Positions 19,722 to 29,926 of a stretch of DNA of 64,000 bases are shown here, one piece after another. This DNA is from Thermoguttaceae bacterium (GTDB taxonomy: Bacteria; Planctomycetota; Planctomycetia; Pirellulales; Thermoguttaceae): NCBI GenBank assembly GCA_049509515.1, contig JBEKZV010000011.1, forward strand, positions 63,737-127,736. Reading direction: 5' to 3'. Made by a program: the position numbers and the translations under genes. The notes under the pieces are model-generated. The model was not told the origin of the DNA and did not search any database. It saw only the letters and a program-made list of their open reading frames with translations. Every line of letters starts with the position of its first letter. Position 1 is the first letter of the stretch.

Positions 19722-22700
19722 TCAGGGCGATCCTGGGGCAGCGGAAGGTGCATGGTAAATGCTCTGGGGGTCATCGGGGTCGAGAGAGGCCGACTCGGTA
19801 GTCGCGCGCGACTGCACCAGGGCGAAAACCGCGGGCAGGACCAGCAGCGTGGCGGTGGTGGCCGCCGCCAGGCCGCCGATCACTGCTCGACCCAAGGGCG
19901 CGTTCTGTTGGCCGGACTCACCCCACGCCAGGGCCATGGGCAGCATACCCGCCATCATGGCGCAGGTGGTCATCAGGATGGGACGCAGCCGGCTGCCCGC
20001 GCCCTCGACCGCCGCGTCCGTCCCGGCCGCGCCGCGGCCGGATGTTTGCGCCAGTGCCCGCCGCCGGCTCTCGGCGAAAGTGACCAAGAGGATCGCGTTG
20101 GCCATCGCCACGCCGACGGCCATGATGGCGCCGATCAAGGATTGGATGTTCAACGTCGTGCGGGTCAGGTAGAGCATCGCCACCACCCCGGCAATGGCCG
20201 CGGGGGCCGTGGAGACGGCAACCAGCGACAGCCGCACGGATTGAAAATTCGCGGCCAGCAGGAGGAAAATAACGACCACGGCCAGCGCCAGTCCCAGGGC
20301 CAGCCCGCTGAGCATGTCGCGCATCAGCGGAATCTGCCCGCGGGCCTCGACCTTGACGCCGGGCGGGGGCTCGCCCGCCTGTTCCAGGGCCGCAGCGACT
20401 TCCCGCGAGACGCTGCCGAGGTCCGTGCCGGCGATGTTCGCCGCCATGCTCACCTGCCGCTTCATGTTGTAGCGGTCGATTTCGCCGGGCATGGTTCCGC
20501 TGGAAACCGTGGCCACGTCCCGGACCAGGACCTGGCCGGCGGCGTTGTGCTTGACGGGGACCATCTTCAAGTCGCCGATCGAGCCGATCGGCCGCATGCC
20601 CTTGGGAGACCGCACCACCGGCCGCGGCACTTCCACCTGCACCTGGTAGCCGATGCCGGTCTTGGGATCGGCCCAGAAGTTCGGCACCGTGAAGCGGCTG
20701 GAGGAGGTGGCCTCGGCCAGCGACCTTGCCACGTCGCTGGGCGTGACGTACACGGTTCCCGCTTTCTTGCGGTCCACGTCGACCCGGACCACCGGGTAGT
20801 CCAGCGATTGGACGATCTGGAGATCCCGCAGGCCGGCAATCCGGCCCAGCCCGTCCATGAGTTTGTCGGCGTAGGGGCGGGTCTCCGCGAAATCCGGTCC
20901 GTTGACGGCCACCTCCACCGGCGTGGGCGAGCCGAAGCTCATCACCTCGTTGATGATGTCGGCCGGCTCGAAGGAAAAATGCACGCCCGGCAGGGCGTCC
21001 GCGAGTTTGTCGCGGAGTTCCTCTTTCAGCGGCTCGACGTGAATGCCGCTCTGCCTCTTCAAGGCCACCCACATCAACGCCTCTTCCGGCCCGCGCATCC
21101 ATTGAAACACGCCGTTGATCGGGTAGCTGGAGCCGATCGTGCCGAGATAGCCCAGGCTCGTCTGGACGTTGTCCGCCCCCGCGGCGTCGCGGATGACCTC
21201 CAGGGTCTTCAGGGCAATCTGTTCGGTCCGGTTGATGTCCGTTCCGTCCGGGGCGCGGATCCGCAGGCGGAATTGGCCGGTGTCGATGGTCGGGAAAATC
21301 TCCGTGCCCAGCCGCGCGCCCAGCCCCCAGATGATCGCCAACGATACGGCGAGATAGGCGGCCACGATCCCCCACCGCAAGCGGACGATCCGCGCCAAGA
21401 CCCGCTCGTACCCTTGCCGGAAGCGATCGAAGGGGACCCCGCGCAGCCAACCGAGCGGCAAGGTGCCGCGGCCGGACGCAGGGCCGGCCGCGGGCGGGGC
21501 GGCAGGCGGCCCGTCGCCCAGGTGTACGTGACGCAAGAGCCAGACGGAGAGCACGGGCACGAACGTGCTCGACAGCAGATACGAGGCCACCATCGCGAAC
21601 CCGACGGCCAGCGACAAGGGCACGAACATCGCCCGCGGCGCACCCTGCATGAAAAACGAGGAAATGAACACGGCCAGGATGCAGACCATCGCCAAGAGCC
21701 GCGGGACGGCGGTCTGCGCATTTCCCAGCCGCACGGCCCGGGCAATCGAGGGGGCGTGGCCCATCTGGGTGTGGATGTTCTCGATCTCCACGGTCGCCTC
21801 GTCCACCAGAATCCCGATGGCCAGCGCCAGTCCGCCCAAGGTCATCACGTTGATCGTCTGTCCGCTAAGCCACAGCGCGAGCACGGCCGCCATCAACGCC
21901 AGCGGAATGTTCAACAAGACGATGATCGCGCTCCGCCAGTCCCGCAGGAACACGAGAATCATCAGGCCCACCAGCACGGCCCCCAGCGCCCCTTCGCTCA
22001 CGACGCCCCAAATGGCCCGGGTCACGTAGGGCAACTGGTCGAACTCGTAACTGACGTGAATGTCCCGCGGCAGGACGGCCTGCATCTCGGGCAACGCCGC
22101 CTGCACCGCGTGGACCACGCTGTAGGTCGAGGCGTCGGCACGCTTGGTGACCAGGATGTAGACCGCCCGGCGACCGTCGGCCAGCGCATAGCCCGTGGGA
22201 GCGTCCGTCGTGTCCTGGACGTATCCCACGTTGTGAATATAGACCGGCGCCTTGGGGCCGGTCCGCAGCGGGATCGTTTCCAGGTCCTTTACCTCGCGGA
22301 CCACCGAGTTCACCGGAACGAAAGGGTACTTGCCCTCCAGGGGAAGGTTGCCCGACGGGCTGATCGCGTTGCCTTCGGCCAGGGCATTGACGATATCCTC
22401 CGGGGTCATGTCGTAGGCCCGCAGCCGCTCGGGATCGACCGTAACGACCACCGTCCGCTGGTTGCCGCCGAAGGGAGGCGGCGCGGAGACGCCCGGCAGG
22501 CTGGCGAACATCGGCCGCACCCGGAACAACGCCAGGTCCTGGATCTCGCCGATACTGCGGGTCTCGCTGGAGAGGACGAGGTAGCCGACCGGCACGCTGC
22601 CCGTATCGAAGCGCATCACGAATGGCGATACCGTGCCCGGCGGCATGAACGCCCGGGCACGATTGACGTAGCCGACCGTTTCCGCCATCGCCTGGGCCAT

Positions 22701-23000
22701 GTTCGTGCCCGGATGGAAGAACAACTTCATCAGGGAAAGGCCCTGGATGTTCCGCGACTCGACGTGGTGGATGCCGGTGACGTACAGGAAGTGATACTCG
22801 TAGTAATTGGCGAGGAACCCTTCCATCTGCGCCGGGTCCATGCCGCCGTAGGGCTGGCAGACGTAGATCACCGGCAGGTTCAGGCTGGGGAAAACGTCGA
22901 TCGGCATCCGGCGGATTGCCAGAATGCACCCCAGCGTGACACCCACCAGCGCCACCATGACGGTGAAAGGGCGCCGAAGTGCGAATCGGATCAGCCACAT
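19722..23000 (-). CDS. RND superfamily efflux permease, second system
   Basis: 1092 aa and predicted 12 TM segments. Motif ALAIGILVDEATVEIEN. Roughly 50% identical by eye to the 7000..10320 permease. Confidence 0.9.
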   Translation of the reverse strand: MWLIRFALRRPFTVMVALVGVTLGCILAIRRMPIDVFPSLNLPVIYVCQPYGGMDPAQMEGFLANYYEYHFLYVTGIHHVESRNIQGLSLMKLFFHPGTNMAQAMAETVGYVNRARAFMPPGTVSPFVMRFDTGSVPVGYLVLSSETRSIGEIQDLALFRVRPMFASLPGVSAPPPFGGNQRTVVVTVDPERLRAYDMTPEDIVNALAEGNAISPSGNLPLEGKYPFVPVNSVVREVKDLETIPLRTGPKAPVYIHNVGYVQDTTDAPTGYALADGRRAVYILVTKRADASTYSVVHAVQAALPEMQAVLPRDIHVSYEFDQLPYVTRAIWGVVSEGALGAVLVGLMILVFLRDWRSAIIVLLNIPLALMAAVLALWLSGQTINVMTLGGLALAIGILVDEATVEIENIHTQMGHAPSIARAVRLGNAQTAVPRLLAMVCILAVFISSFFMQGAPRAMFVPLSLAVGFAMVASYLLSSTFVPVLSVWLLRHVHLGDGPPAAPPAAGPASGRGTLPLGWLRGVPFDRFRQGYERVLARIVRLRWGIVAAYLAVSLAIIWGLGARLGTEIFPTIDTGQFRLRIRAPDGTDINRTEQIALKTLEVIRDAAGADNVQTSLGYLGTIGSSYPINGVFQWMRGPEEALMWVALKRQSGIHVEPLKEELRDKLADALPGVHFSFEPADIINEVMSFGSPTPVEVAVNGPDFAETRPYADKLMDGLGRIAGLRDLQIVQSLDYPVVRVDVDRKKAGTVYVTPSDVARSLAEATSSSRFTVPNFWADPKTGIGYQVQVEVPRPVVRSPKGMRPIGSIGDLKMVPVKHNAAGQVLVRDVATVSSGTMPGEIDRYNMKRQVSMAANIAGTDLGSVSREVAAALEQAGEPPPGVKVEARGQIPLMRDMLSGLALGLALAVVVIFLLLAANFQSVRLSLVAVSTAPAAIAGVVAMLYLTRTTLNIQSLIGAIMAVGVAMANAILLVTFAESRRRALAQTSGRGAAGTDAAVEGAGSRLRPILMTTCAMMAGMLPMALAWGESGQQNAPLGRAVIGGLAAATTATLLVLPAVFALVQSRATTESASLDPDDPQSIYHAPSAAPGSP

Positions 23001-23874
23001 GGTCCGACCTCAAGGCGGCGGGGCGGGCCGCGACATTTTCCGCGGAAAAAGATGCCACGGAATAATACGTCGCGGCGGCGGCGACGGCCAGTTCACCCCC
23101 GCAGAGGGGGTGCGCTGAGCGTCGGCGGCCGTGCCCTGAAGTATGGATCGCAACCGCCGACGGCATGGAAGGTAGCAGGCACGCTCCGTGTGCCGTCCGC
23201 GGAAGCCGAGGAGGGCGTGGAAGAACTCGGCCTCTGTCGACGAAAAGCGGCTGCAAGTAGGAGGGTGATTTCGTTCCGGGGTATTTCGCCGATGTTCGGG
23301 CCGAAGGCCCAGCCGTTCTCTCAGCCCCGGGCATCGCCCAGGGTGACGAAGCGCGGCGATTTCCTGTCGGCCCAACCGGCCAACCGTTCTTCGGGTTGAA
23401 GGCCTGGCCCGTCGGGCCGCAATCTTTGCCCGCCGCGACGCCTCGCGCGCCCTGAATCGGGACTGGGGAAGCGTCGACCAGAAAACGCGGGCAGCCGCTC
23501 CCGACAGCCGCGATTGACACATCATGCCTCGTAATCCAATTCCAGAGGCACGCAAGAGGAGTCGGGAGTCGCCGGCGGGGTAGCGGAGCTTAAAGACTCC
23601 CGCCCCCCTTGTGCAGTCTCCTTTTCCAAGCTTCTTGGCACAGTCCCGCTTGCTCGCTCACCTGACGCTTCAGGATCACGTGTCCGGCCTCGTTGCGAAG
23701 ATTCACGGTCAACTGCTTGCGGTGCTGGTCGTTGGCAAGGTACAACATACTCGGCCCTACTGTCTGTGCTTTGGTGAGTGAAACAAACCACTACACCGTG
23801 TATAGCACCGGGAGGACCGCTCTTTCATAGAATCAGAATCCCCCCGAATCCCCCCGCAGGGGTTCGCTGCCGAC

Positions 23875-24072
23875 CTATCGTTCGGTCGCTGACTTGACGA
23901 CCCGCCTCAGAATGAACGCGCACCAGAACGACGCGATGCACACAGCGGCGGCCTGTATTTCCGTCGATGCCAGCGTGGGGAAGGACCAGATCAGGTCCGG
24001 CGCCGCGGCCACGATCAGGAGGTTCCCGATCATGGCGAACCAACACAACGCCAGAACAAGTCGCCGTCGCAT
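23875..24072 (-). CDS. Hypothetical small two-TM membrane protein
   Basis: 65 aa, MRRRLVLALCWFAMIGNLLIVAAAPDLIWSFPTLASTEIQAAAVCIASFWCAFILRR, with an ATG start. It lies in a lower-GC spacer. Low confidence. Confidence 0.3.
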   Translation of the reverse strand: MRRRLVLALCWFAMIGNLLIVAAAPDLIWSFPTLASTEIQAAAVCIASFWCAFILRRVVKSATER

Positions 24073-24261
24073 TTTGGGGCCTGCAAATGGGGTCGGGAGT
24101 CTTTAATCTCTGTCAGGGCCATGCGAAGCCAACCCCCGTCGCCCCCAATATAGCGGCCCCCCGCGGGGCGCCAAGGCGGGTAGCTGCCAATCCCTCTCCC
24201 CTATCCCCCCGGCAAGCCGGCCCGATTCCAGCTATTGAACACACGTCGACTATCCGCTATC

Positions 24262-24606
24262 ATGGAGGGCGTCAAAACCAAGCCCAAAACCCGGCGGGCA
24301 ACCAGGAACAGGCCGGCGGCCGGCAAGGCCCGCGGGCCGAAACGGCCCGCCGCCAATCGGCGGAAGAGGAAAGCGCCCCGCCCCGAGCCGGCCCCGCCGC
24401 CCGGCCCCGACCGTGCCGTACCGGATCCCAAGAGGCTCCGGCTGGGCGGCTCTCTGCCGGACGACCCGGCAGAGGCCGTAGCCCAAGTCCTGGCCCCCGC
24501 TCACAGGCAGCTCGTCCTGGAGGTCCAGGGGCACGTGGGGCGCGCCGTGGGCATCACGCTCGCCCATCTGATGTGGCTCGATCCCCTGGCTGCCTCCCCC
24601 GGATGA
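24262..24606 (+). CDS. Hypothetical basic protein with a Lys/Arg-rich N-terminus
   Basis: ATG at 24262 (MEGVKTKPKTRRATRNRPAAGKARGPKRPAANRRKRK...). GC3-rich codons. Convergent with the glycosyltransferase gene. Uncertain. Confidence 0.3.
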   Translation: MEGVKTKPKTRRATRNRPAAGKARGPKRPAANRRKRKAPRPEPAPPPGPDRAVPDPKRLRLGGSLPDDPAEAVAQVLAPAHRQLVLEVQGHVGRAVGITLAHLMWLDPLAASPG

Positions 24607-24912
24607 AGGGGGAGGAGGGGAACAAGATATCGGAAAATCGCAAAAGCGCTGACCAACACACGCATCCTGCCCTGGCACTGCTCGCAGCGCGGCCGGAGCT
24701 GTTCGCGCGGCAAGGATCGGTCGTCGCTTCCTGGCGCCGCCGCGGGACGAAGACCTATGGGCCTTATTCACGTCTCGTTCCCACCGGGCACCGCCGGGCA
24801 CCATCGACAGATGGTCGGCGTGGTCGCCGCGGGAACGCACCGAGATTCGCCCGGACGTTCACGTCTGGGGCCAACGAGCGACCCCGGCCGATTTCCTATT
24901 TCGTTCCGCCCG

Positions 24913-26046
24913 TTACGGTTGGCCCCACGCCAGGGCGAACCGCGCCACGTCGAACGCCGCCTGCGGCCTTCCCAGGCGCCGGGCATTGGCCTTCATGCCG
25001 GCCAGGCGGGCCGGGTCGTCCAGGAGCTTCGCCAGCTTGTAGGGCAGCGTGGCGATGTTGTTCACCTTGATCGCCGCCCCGTTCTCCAGCAGAAAGTCGC
25101 TGTTGCGGGCCTCCTGCCCGGGGATCGGGTTGGCAATCATCAGCGCCGCGCCCCGGGCGAGCACCTCGGAGGTGGTCAGCCCGCCCGGTTTCGAGAGCAC
25201 CACGTCGGCGGCGGCCATCAATTCGTCCATCTGCGTGGTAAAGCCGAGGATCTTGACCTGGTGCCGCGGAGGGACCTCGATCTGCTCCAGCCGCCGTTGC
25301 AGCTCCTCGTTCCGGCCCGACACGACAATTACCGCCAGCGGCCCGGCCATGGAGAGCAATCCCTGAAAGAGCTTTTCCACCGGCCCCAGGCCGAATCCGC
25401 CGGCAAGCTGGAGGATCACCGGCCGGTCGTCCGCGAGGCCAAGCCCCGCGCGGCACTCGCGGCCGCTCTTCGCCTCGCTGAAGACCGGATGGATGGGGAT
25501 TCCGCTGACCGTGATCTGGCCGGGGGGAACGCCCCAGTGTGCCAGGTACGCGGCCCCTTCTTCCGTGGCCGTGAAGTAATGCTCGCACGGTTGGTTGACC
25601 CACAGGCGGTGGGTCTCGAAATCCGTGGTCACGGTGAGCTGCCCGGTGGCGATTTCGTCACGTCGCCGCATCGCGGCGATGATTTCGGCCGGCAGGAAAT
25701 GCGTGTTGACGATCACGTCCCAGCTCTCCGACCGCAAGAGCCGCGAGAACCGCCTGAGGTTCAGCCGCTCGACCAACAGCCGCAGGCGGTCCGCCTTGCG
25801 CCGGGCCGACGGCGGCTGATCGAGCAGGTCGTACACATAGCCCAGCACGTGCGGGGCCTTGTTCACCAGCTCGAAGTACGTCCGGCTGTACACGCGGCGA
25901 AAGGCCGCGTTGGTGAGCTCCAGCACGTCGAGGTTCTTCACGACGGCGTCGGGCGCCACCTGCCGCAGGGCGGCCTCGACGGCCTCGGCCGCCCGCAAGT
26001 GCCCCGCCCCAACCGAGGCGGACAAGACCAGAATGCGTCGGGACAT
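24913..26046 (-). CDS. Monogalactosyldiacylglycerol-synthase-like glycosyltransferase (GT28 family, MGDG_synth N-terminal domain plus Glyco_tran_28 C-terminal domain)
   Basis: 377 aa beginning MSRRILVLSASVGAGHLRAAEAVEAAL. Also contains VIVNTHFLPAEI, a nucleotide-sugar-binding C-terminal half, and GLTTSEVLARGAALM. Confidence 0.8.
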   Translation of the reverse strand: MSRRILVLSASVGAGHLRAAEAVEAALRQVAPDAVVKNLDVLELTNAAFRRVYSRTYFELVNKAPHVLGYVYDLLDQPPSARRKADRLRLLVERLNLRRFSRLLRSESWDVIVNTHFLPAEIIAAMRRRDEIATGQLTVTTDFETHRLWVNQPCEHYFTATEEGAAYLAHWGVPPGQITVSGIPIHPVFSEAKSGRECRAGLGLADDRPVILQLAGGFGLGPVEKLFQGLLSMAGPLAVIVVSGRNEELQRRLEQIEVPPRHQVKILGFTTQMDELMAAADVVLSKPGGLTTSEVLARGAALMIANPIPGQEARNSDFLLENGAAIKVNNIATLPYKLAKLLDDPARLAGMKANARRLGRPQAAFDVARFALAWGQP

Positions 26047-26062
26047 GGAATGTCACCCGGCC

Positions 26063-27238
26063 TCACTGCAAATCCAGGCAGACCAATTCTCCCGCATGAC
26101 TGCGGCAGTACACGCGGCCGTTGGCCACCATCGGCATCGTCCAGCACTGGCCGTCGAGGATTTTGGCCCGGGCCAACTCCTTGAAGGCATTGGGCGACGC
26201 CTCGGCCACCAGCAGGGTGCCGCCGTCGAGCATGACGAACAGCTTGCCGTCGGCCAGGGTCAGGCCGCCGCCGACCGGCAGGCCCTTCTGGCCCCACTGG
26301 ACCTTGCCCGTCTCGAAGTCCAGGCACTTGAGGCTGGCTTTCTGGCCCTGCTGGCCGTCGACGCCGTACAGGTAGCCGCCCGCGAGCACGCAGGTCTGGC
26401 AGTGGTTGCACATCTCCTTGTTTTCCCAGACCTTGGTGAGGCTGTCGTCCTGGAGCTGCAAGAGGGCGCAGCCGCGGCCGTAGCCGCTGGAGATGAAAAT
26501 CTTGCCGCCGGAGACGATCGGCGTGGCCGCATTCACGCCGTAGGCTGTTTCCCAGTGGTGCTTGGCGATCGGCTCGCCTTTGGCCAGGTTGTAGACCGCC
26601 AGGCCGGCGCCGTTGAACGAAGTGACGAGTTTTTGGCCGGCGTGGTTGAAGACGACGGCCGAGGCATAGCCGGCGGTTTCCGAGCCGGCCTTCCAGACCA
26701 GCTCACCGGTCTTGGCCTCCAGCACGAAGACCACGCCGAGGTCCATGATCACCTGGCCACCCAGCACCAACGGCGAGGCGGACAGTGCCCAGCCGCCCTG
26801 TTTCACTCCGAAGGCGTCGACTTTTTTCGACCACTGGAGCTTGCCCTTGGCCGCGTCGAGGCACACGAGCGTGTGGTCGTTGCCGAGCGCGAAGACCATC
26901 TCTCCCGCGACAGCCGGCGTGGCGGTGGTCTCGCCGCCTTTGCCCTTGCCGGCCGGGTAGTTCCACACGCTGTCGCCCGTCTCGGCATCCAGGCAGCGGA
27001 CGGCGCCCTCGCCTTGCGTGTACAGCCGCTTGCCGACCGCGACCATGCACGAATGCCCGCTGCCCACGTTCTTCTTCCAGAGCACCTTCGGGCCGTCCTC
27101 GGCCCAGAGCTTGAGGCCCTTGTCGGCCGAAGTATTGTTGCGACTGGCGCCGAGGTAACACGGCCAGTCGGCCGCTTGGCCCGCGGCCCCCCAAAGTACC
27201 GTGCACAGAGTCAGGGCGAGCATGTGTCGTGTGGTCAT
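26063..27238 (-). CDS. Secreted PQQ-like beta-propeller repeat protein
   Basis: Listed as an ORF to 27310. The signal-peptide start MTTRHMLALTLCTVLWGAAGQAA is at 27238. Repeated WxxxxGG...Y/LY propeller blades (LWKKNVGSGHS...RLYTQ, VWNYPAG..., LQWSKKVD..., LVWKAGS..., VQWGQKG...). Only 16 bp upstream of the glycosyltransferase gene, so probably in the same operon. Confidence 0.75.
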   Translation of the reverse strand: MTTRHMLALTLCTVLWGAAGQAADWPCYLGASRNNTSADKGLKLWAEDGPKVLWKKNVGSGHSCMVAVGKRLYTQGEGAVRCLDAETGDSVWNYPAGKGKGGETTATPAVAGEMVFALGNDHTLVCLDAAKGKLQWSKKVDAFGVKQGGWALSASPLVLGGQVIMDLGVVFVLEAKTGELVWKAGSETAGYASAVVFNHAGQKLVTSFNGAGLAVYNLAKGEPIAKHHWETAYGVNAATPIVSGGKIFISSGYGRGCALLQLQDDSLTKVWENKEMCNHCQTCVLAGGYLYGVDGQQGQKASLKCLDFETGKVQWGQKGLPVGGGLTLADGKLFVMLDGGTLLVAEASPNAFKELARAKILDGQCWTMPMVANGRVYCRSHAGELVCLDLQ

Positions 27239-27638
27239 CGGATAGCTCCCTTGGTGTTGGAATGGACGGACAACCTGGCGGCATTTTACCGCGCCGCGCG
27301 GCCCGCACAAGATGGGGCGAGGGGACGATGCGCCGCGGGCCGGCAGAACTCACGGCCCCCCAGTTGAACGCCTTCCCGACTGGTGCTACAACCGTCTGGA
27401 GGTCGGTATCCAAGCGGACCGTGAGGACCGTGACAACCGCCTGGTACGCTACTGCCGACGACCTCCAGCCGGATACGATCAGCACGTTTTGAACGTCGGC
27501 CGCCTCGGTGGAACCTCGCATGGGTTCGGGGCCCTCATGGCGAGCGACGAAATACTCCCAACCTGGCGGCAGCGTGTTATATTGACCGTTGCACTTCGCC
27601 ATTTCAGGGGGGGGCGTTTGGCCGATCCCCAAGGCAAA

Positions 27639-29006
27639 ATGGCTTCAATACCCGGTTGCCGTCCCATGAGCATCCCGATCGACGACCTCCTGTTTGGACT
27701 CCGGCCCGCCCGTTGGGCCTGGAAGCCGCTGCTGAAGCGTTTGGTGACCGGCAGCTTCGCTCCGCTGGCCATGGGGCCGGGCGAAACGGAGGTGCCGGCG
27801 GGACTGCAACGGCTGGGGCTCTACCTGCATGTCCCTTTCTGCCACAACCTTTGCCCGTATTGCCCCTACCATCGGGTGAAGTTCGACGAAGGACTCTACC
27901 GCCGCTACGAGGCGGCAGCCCACCAGGAAATCGACCTCCGCGCGCGGCAGATGGCCGGGAGCCTCGCCAGGAGCGGCGGCCAGCGGCCGCGGATCGTCTC
28001 CGTGTACGTTGGCGGCGGCACGCCTACGGTTGTGCCGGAGGGGCTCTCGCGGCTTCTGGCCCATCTGGCCGAGGCCTTCGGGCCGGCCGGCGACGTGTGC
28101 GTCGAGCTGCACCCTGCCGCCATGGACGACGGCTGCCTGGCACTCCTGCGGGCCTCGCGCGTCACCATGCTCTCGGTGGGTGTCGAGAGCCTTTCGGATC
28201 GGCTCCTGGGACTCGTCGGCCGATCTCACGATGCCGCCGCGGCCGAGGACGCCGTCCGCCGGGCGGTAGCGCGCGGCTTTGAGGCGGTCAACGTCGATTT
28301 GATGTTCGCACTGCCCACGCAGACGGTCGACGAGCTGGACCAAGACCTCCGCCGCGTGCTGGCCTTGGGAGTCGATCAGGTCTCGACGTACCCGATCTTC
28401 GGCTTTCCTTATACCGAATGGGGGCAGGAGTTGGGGCTGGCCAGGATCGGCCGTCCGCGCGGCGACGTGATCCGCCGGATGCTGGACTTGATCCGCCGGC
28501 GGTGCCGCGAGCACGGCCTGGAACAGTGCGCCGTCTGGTCCTTCCTGCGGCCGAGCAAGAAGAAGTTCAGCTCCATCACCCGGCATCACTACCTGGGCTT
28601 CGGCCCAAGCGCGGCCTCGATGACCGGCAGGCAGTTCTGCGTCAACACGTTCTCGGTCGACGAGTATGCGGCCGCACTGCCGGGACGCTCCCCCGTCGCC
28701 CTGGTCCTGCCGGTGGACCGGCGGCTGGAAATGGCCTATTGGCTGTACTGGCGGGTCTATGAAATGAAGCTCGGCTGCGCCGATTTCCGGGAGCTGTTCG
28801 GTGAAGAGCTGGAGGTGGTCTACGGCAGGCTGCTGAGGGCACTGGTGCGCCTGGGCATGATGGAGCGACACAACGGCTCCTACCGGGTCGCCCAGGGCGC
28901 CGCCTACTGGGTCCATCGCTTCCAGAACGAATACTCGCTCAACTACATCAATCGCCTCTGGGGCCGCTGCCGCCGGGAGGCCTGGCCGCCCGAGGTGAGG
29001 CTGTAA
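27639..29006 (+). CDS. HemN-family radical SAM protein (coproporphyrinogen-III-oxidase-like, HemW-like or class C rSAM methyltransferase-like)
   Basis: ORF frame 27312..29006. ATG candidates at 27639 and 27666. CxxxCxxC cluster HVPFCHNLCPYCPY. HemN hallmark VYVGGGTPT. Stop overlaps the next gene's start (TAATG). Confidence 0.8.
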   Translation: MASIPGCRPMSIPIDDLLFGLRPARWAWKPLLKRLVTGSFAPLAMGPGETEVPAGLQRLGLYLHVPFCHNLCPYCPYHRVKFDEGLYRRYEAAAHQEIDLRARQMAGSLARSGGQRPRIVSVYVGGGTPTVVPEGLSRLLAHLAEAFGPAGDVCVELHPAAMDDGCLALLRASRVTMLSVGVESLSDRLLGLVGRSHDAAAAEDAVRRAVARGFEAVNVDLMFALPTQTVDELDQDLRRVLALGVDQVSTYPIFGFPYTEWGQELGLARIGRPRGDVIRRMLDLIRRRCREHGLEQCAVWSFLRPSKKKFSSITRHHYLGFGPSAASMTGRQFCVNTFSVDEYAAALPGRSPVALVLPVDRRLEMAYWLYWRVYEMKLGCADFRELFGEELEVVYGRLLRALVRLGMMERHNGSYRVAQGAAYWVHRFQNEYSLNYINRLWGRCRREAWPPEVRL

Positions 29007-29926
29007 TGGGACGTACTCGCGGCTCTCCGGGCCGAAAAGCCTGGTACTTCCTGCGTCTCGCCGGGAGCCTGGCCCGCGGCACGCCCCGTCCGGTCGTGGG
29101 CGGCATTTCGCTGACCGACGTGTGCAACCTCGACTGCGTCCACTGTTGGCGAAAGAACCAGGGGGCGGGCCACGTTCCCCTGGGGCAAGTGCTGACAAGC
29201 CTGCGCACCTTGTACGCGATGGGCGCCCGGTATCTGTACATTCAAGGAGGCGAGCCCTTCACTTGGCAGGATGGCAGCCGGCGGCTCGACCACGTTGTCG
29301 ACGAGGCCAAGGGGATCGGTTTCTTCCACGTCGCCGTGTGCACCAACGGCACCTTTCCCCTGGACGCCGAGCCGGATTCGTTTTCCGTGAGCCTGGAGGG
29401 GCGGCCCGGCTCCCACGACGCGATCCGCAGCGGCTCGTTCGAGCGGGTGATCGGCAACGTCGCGGCGAGCCGCCACCCGAACATCTTCGCCAACGCGACG
29501 TTCAACCGGCAGAATCAGGAGGATCTGGCCTTCTTGGCCGAGTTCGCGGCCTCTTCCCGCCAGTTGCGCGGAATCCTGGTCAACTTCCACATTCCTTATC
29601 CGGGCGTCGAACACCTGGCCCTGAGCATGGAGGAGCGGGCACGGCTGGCCCGGCAGGCCATGGAACTCAAACGCCGCGGCTACCCGATCCTCAATACGTA
29701 CGGCGGGCTGCGGGCGCTGGCCCGAAACAACTGGCGGCGTCCGCTGGACCTTTCCGTCGTGACCGACTGTCGCACGTACTACTCCTGCTGCCGCGCCCGG
29801 GGCAACGACCGCATCTGCCGGGAGTGTGGATACGCCGGCTGGGCGGAGTTGGCCCAGGTCTTCGCGTGGGACATACGCAGCGTCTTCGAGGTGCTCGGCA
29901 AGCTCCATCGGCGGCCGAAGCGATGA
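29006..29926 (+). CDS. Radical SAM protein with a C-terminal auxiliary Cys cluster (SPASM/twitch-like)
   Basis: 306 aa. The segment GISLTDVCNLDCVHCW is the CxxxCxxC cluster. C-terminal cysteines CRTYYSCCRARGNDRICRECGYAGW. Overlaps the upstream stop and the downstream start (ATGA at 29923-29926). Confidence 0.8.
   Translation: MGRTRGSPGRKAWYFLRLAGSLARGTPRPVVGGISLTDVCNLDCVHCWRKNQGAGHVPLGQVLTSLRTLYAMGARYLYIQGGEPFTWQDGSRRLDHVVDEAKGIGFFHVAVCTNGTFPLDAEPDSFSVSLEGRPGSHDAIRSGSFERVIGNVAASRHPNIFANATFNRQNQEDLAFLAEFAASSRQLRGILVNFHIPYPGVEHLALSMEERARLARQAMELKRRGYPILNTYGGLRALARNNWRRPLDLSVVTDCRTYYSCCRARGNDRICRECGYAGWAELAQVFAWDIRSVFEVLGKLHRRPKR

Noticed and set aside
19632-23399. 1255-aa plus-strand ORF, plus 510-aa and 551-aa minus-strand ORFs, overlapping the second RND permease
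   Set aside because: These are antisense or out-of-frame artefacts. The 1092-aa frame carries the RND motifs and the TM pattern.
23830-23860. Possible tRNA in the gaatcccccc repeat region
   Set aside because: There is no acceptor-stem or T-loop (GTTCRANYC) arrangement and no cloverleaf complementarity by eye. It is more likely a simple tandem repeat.
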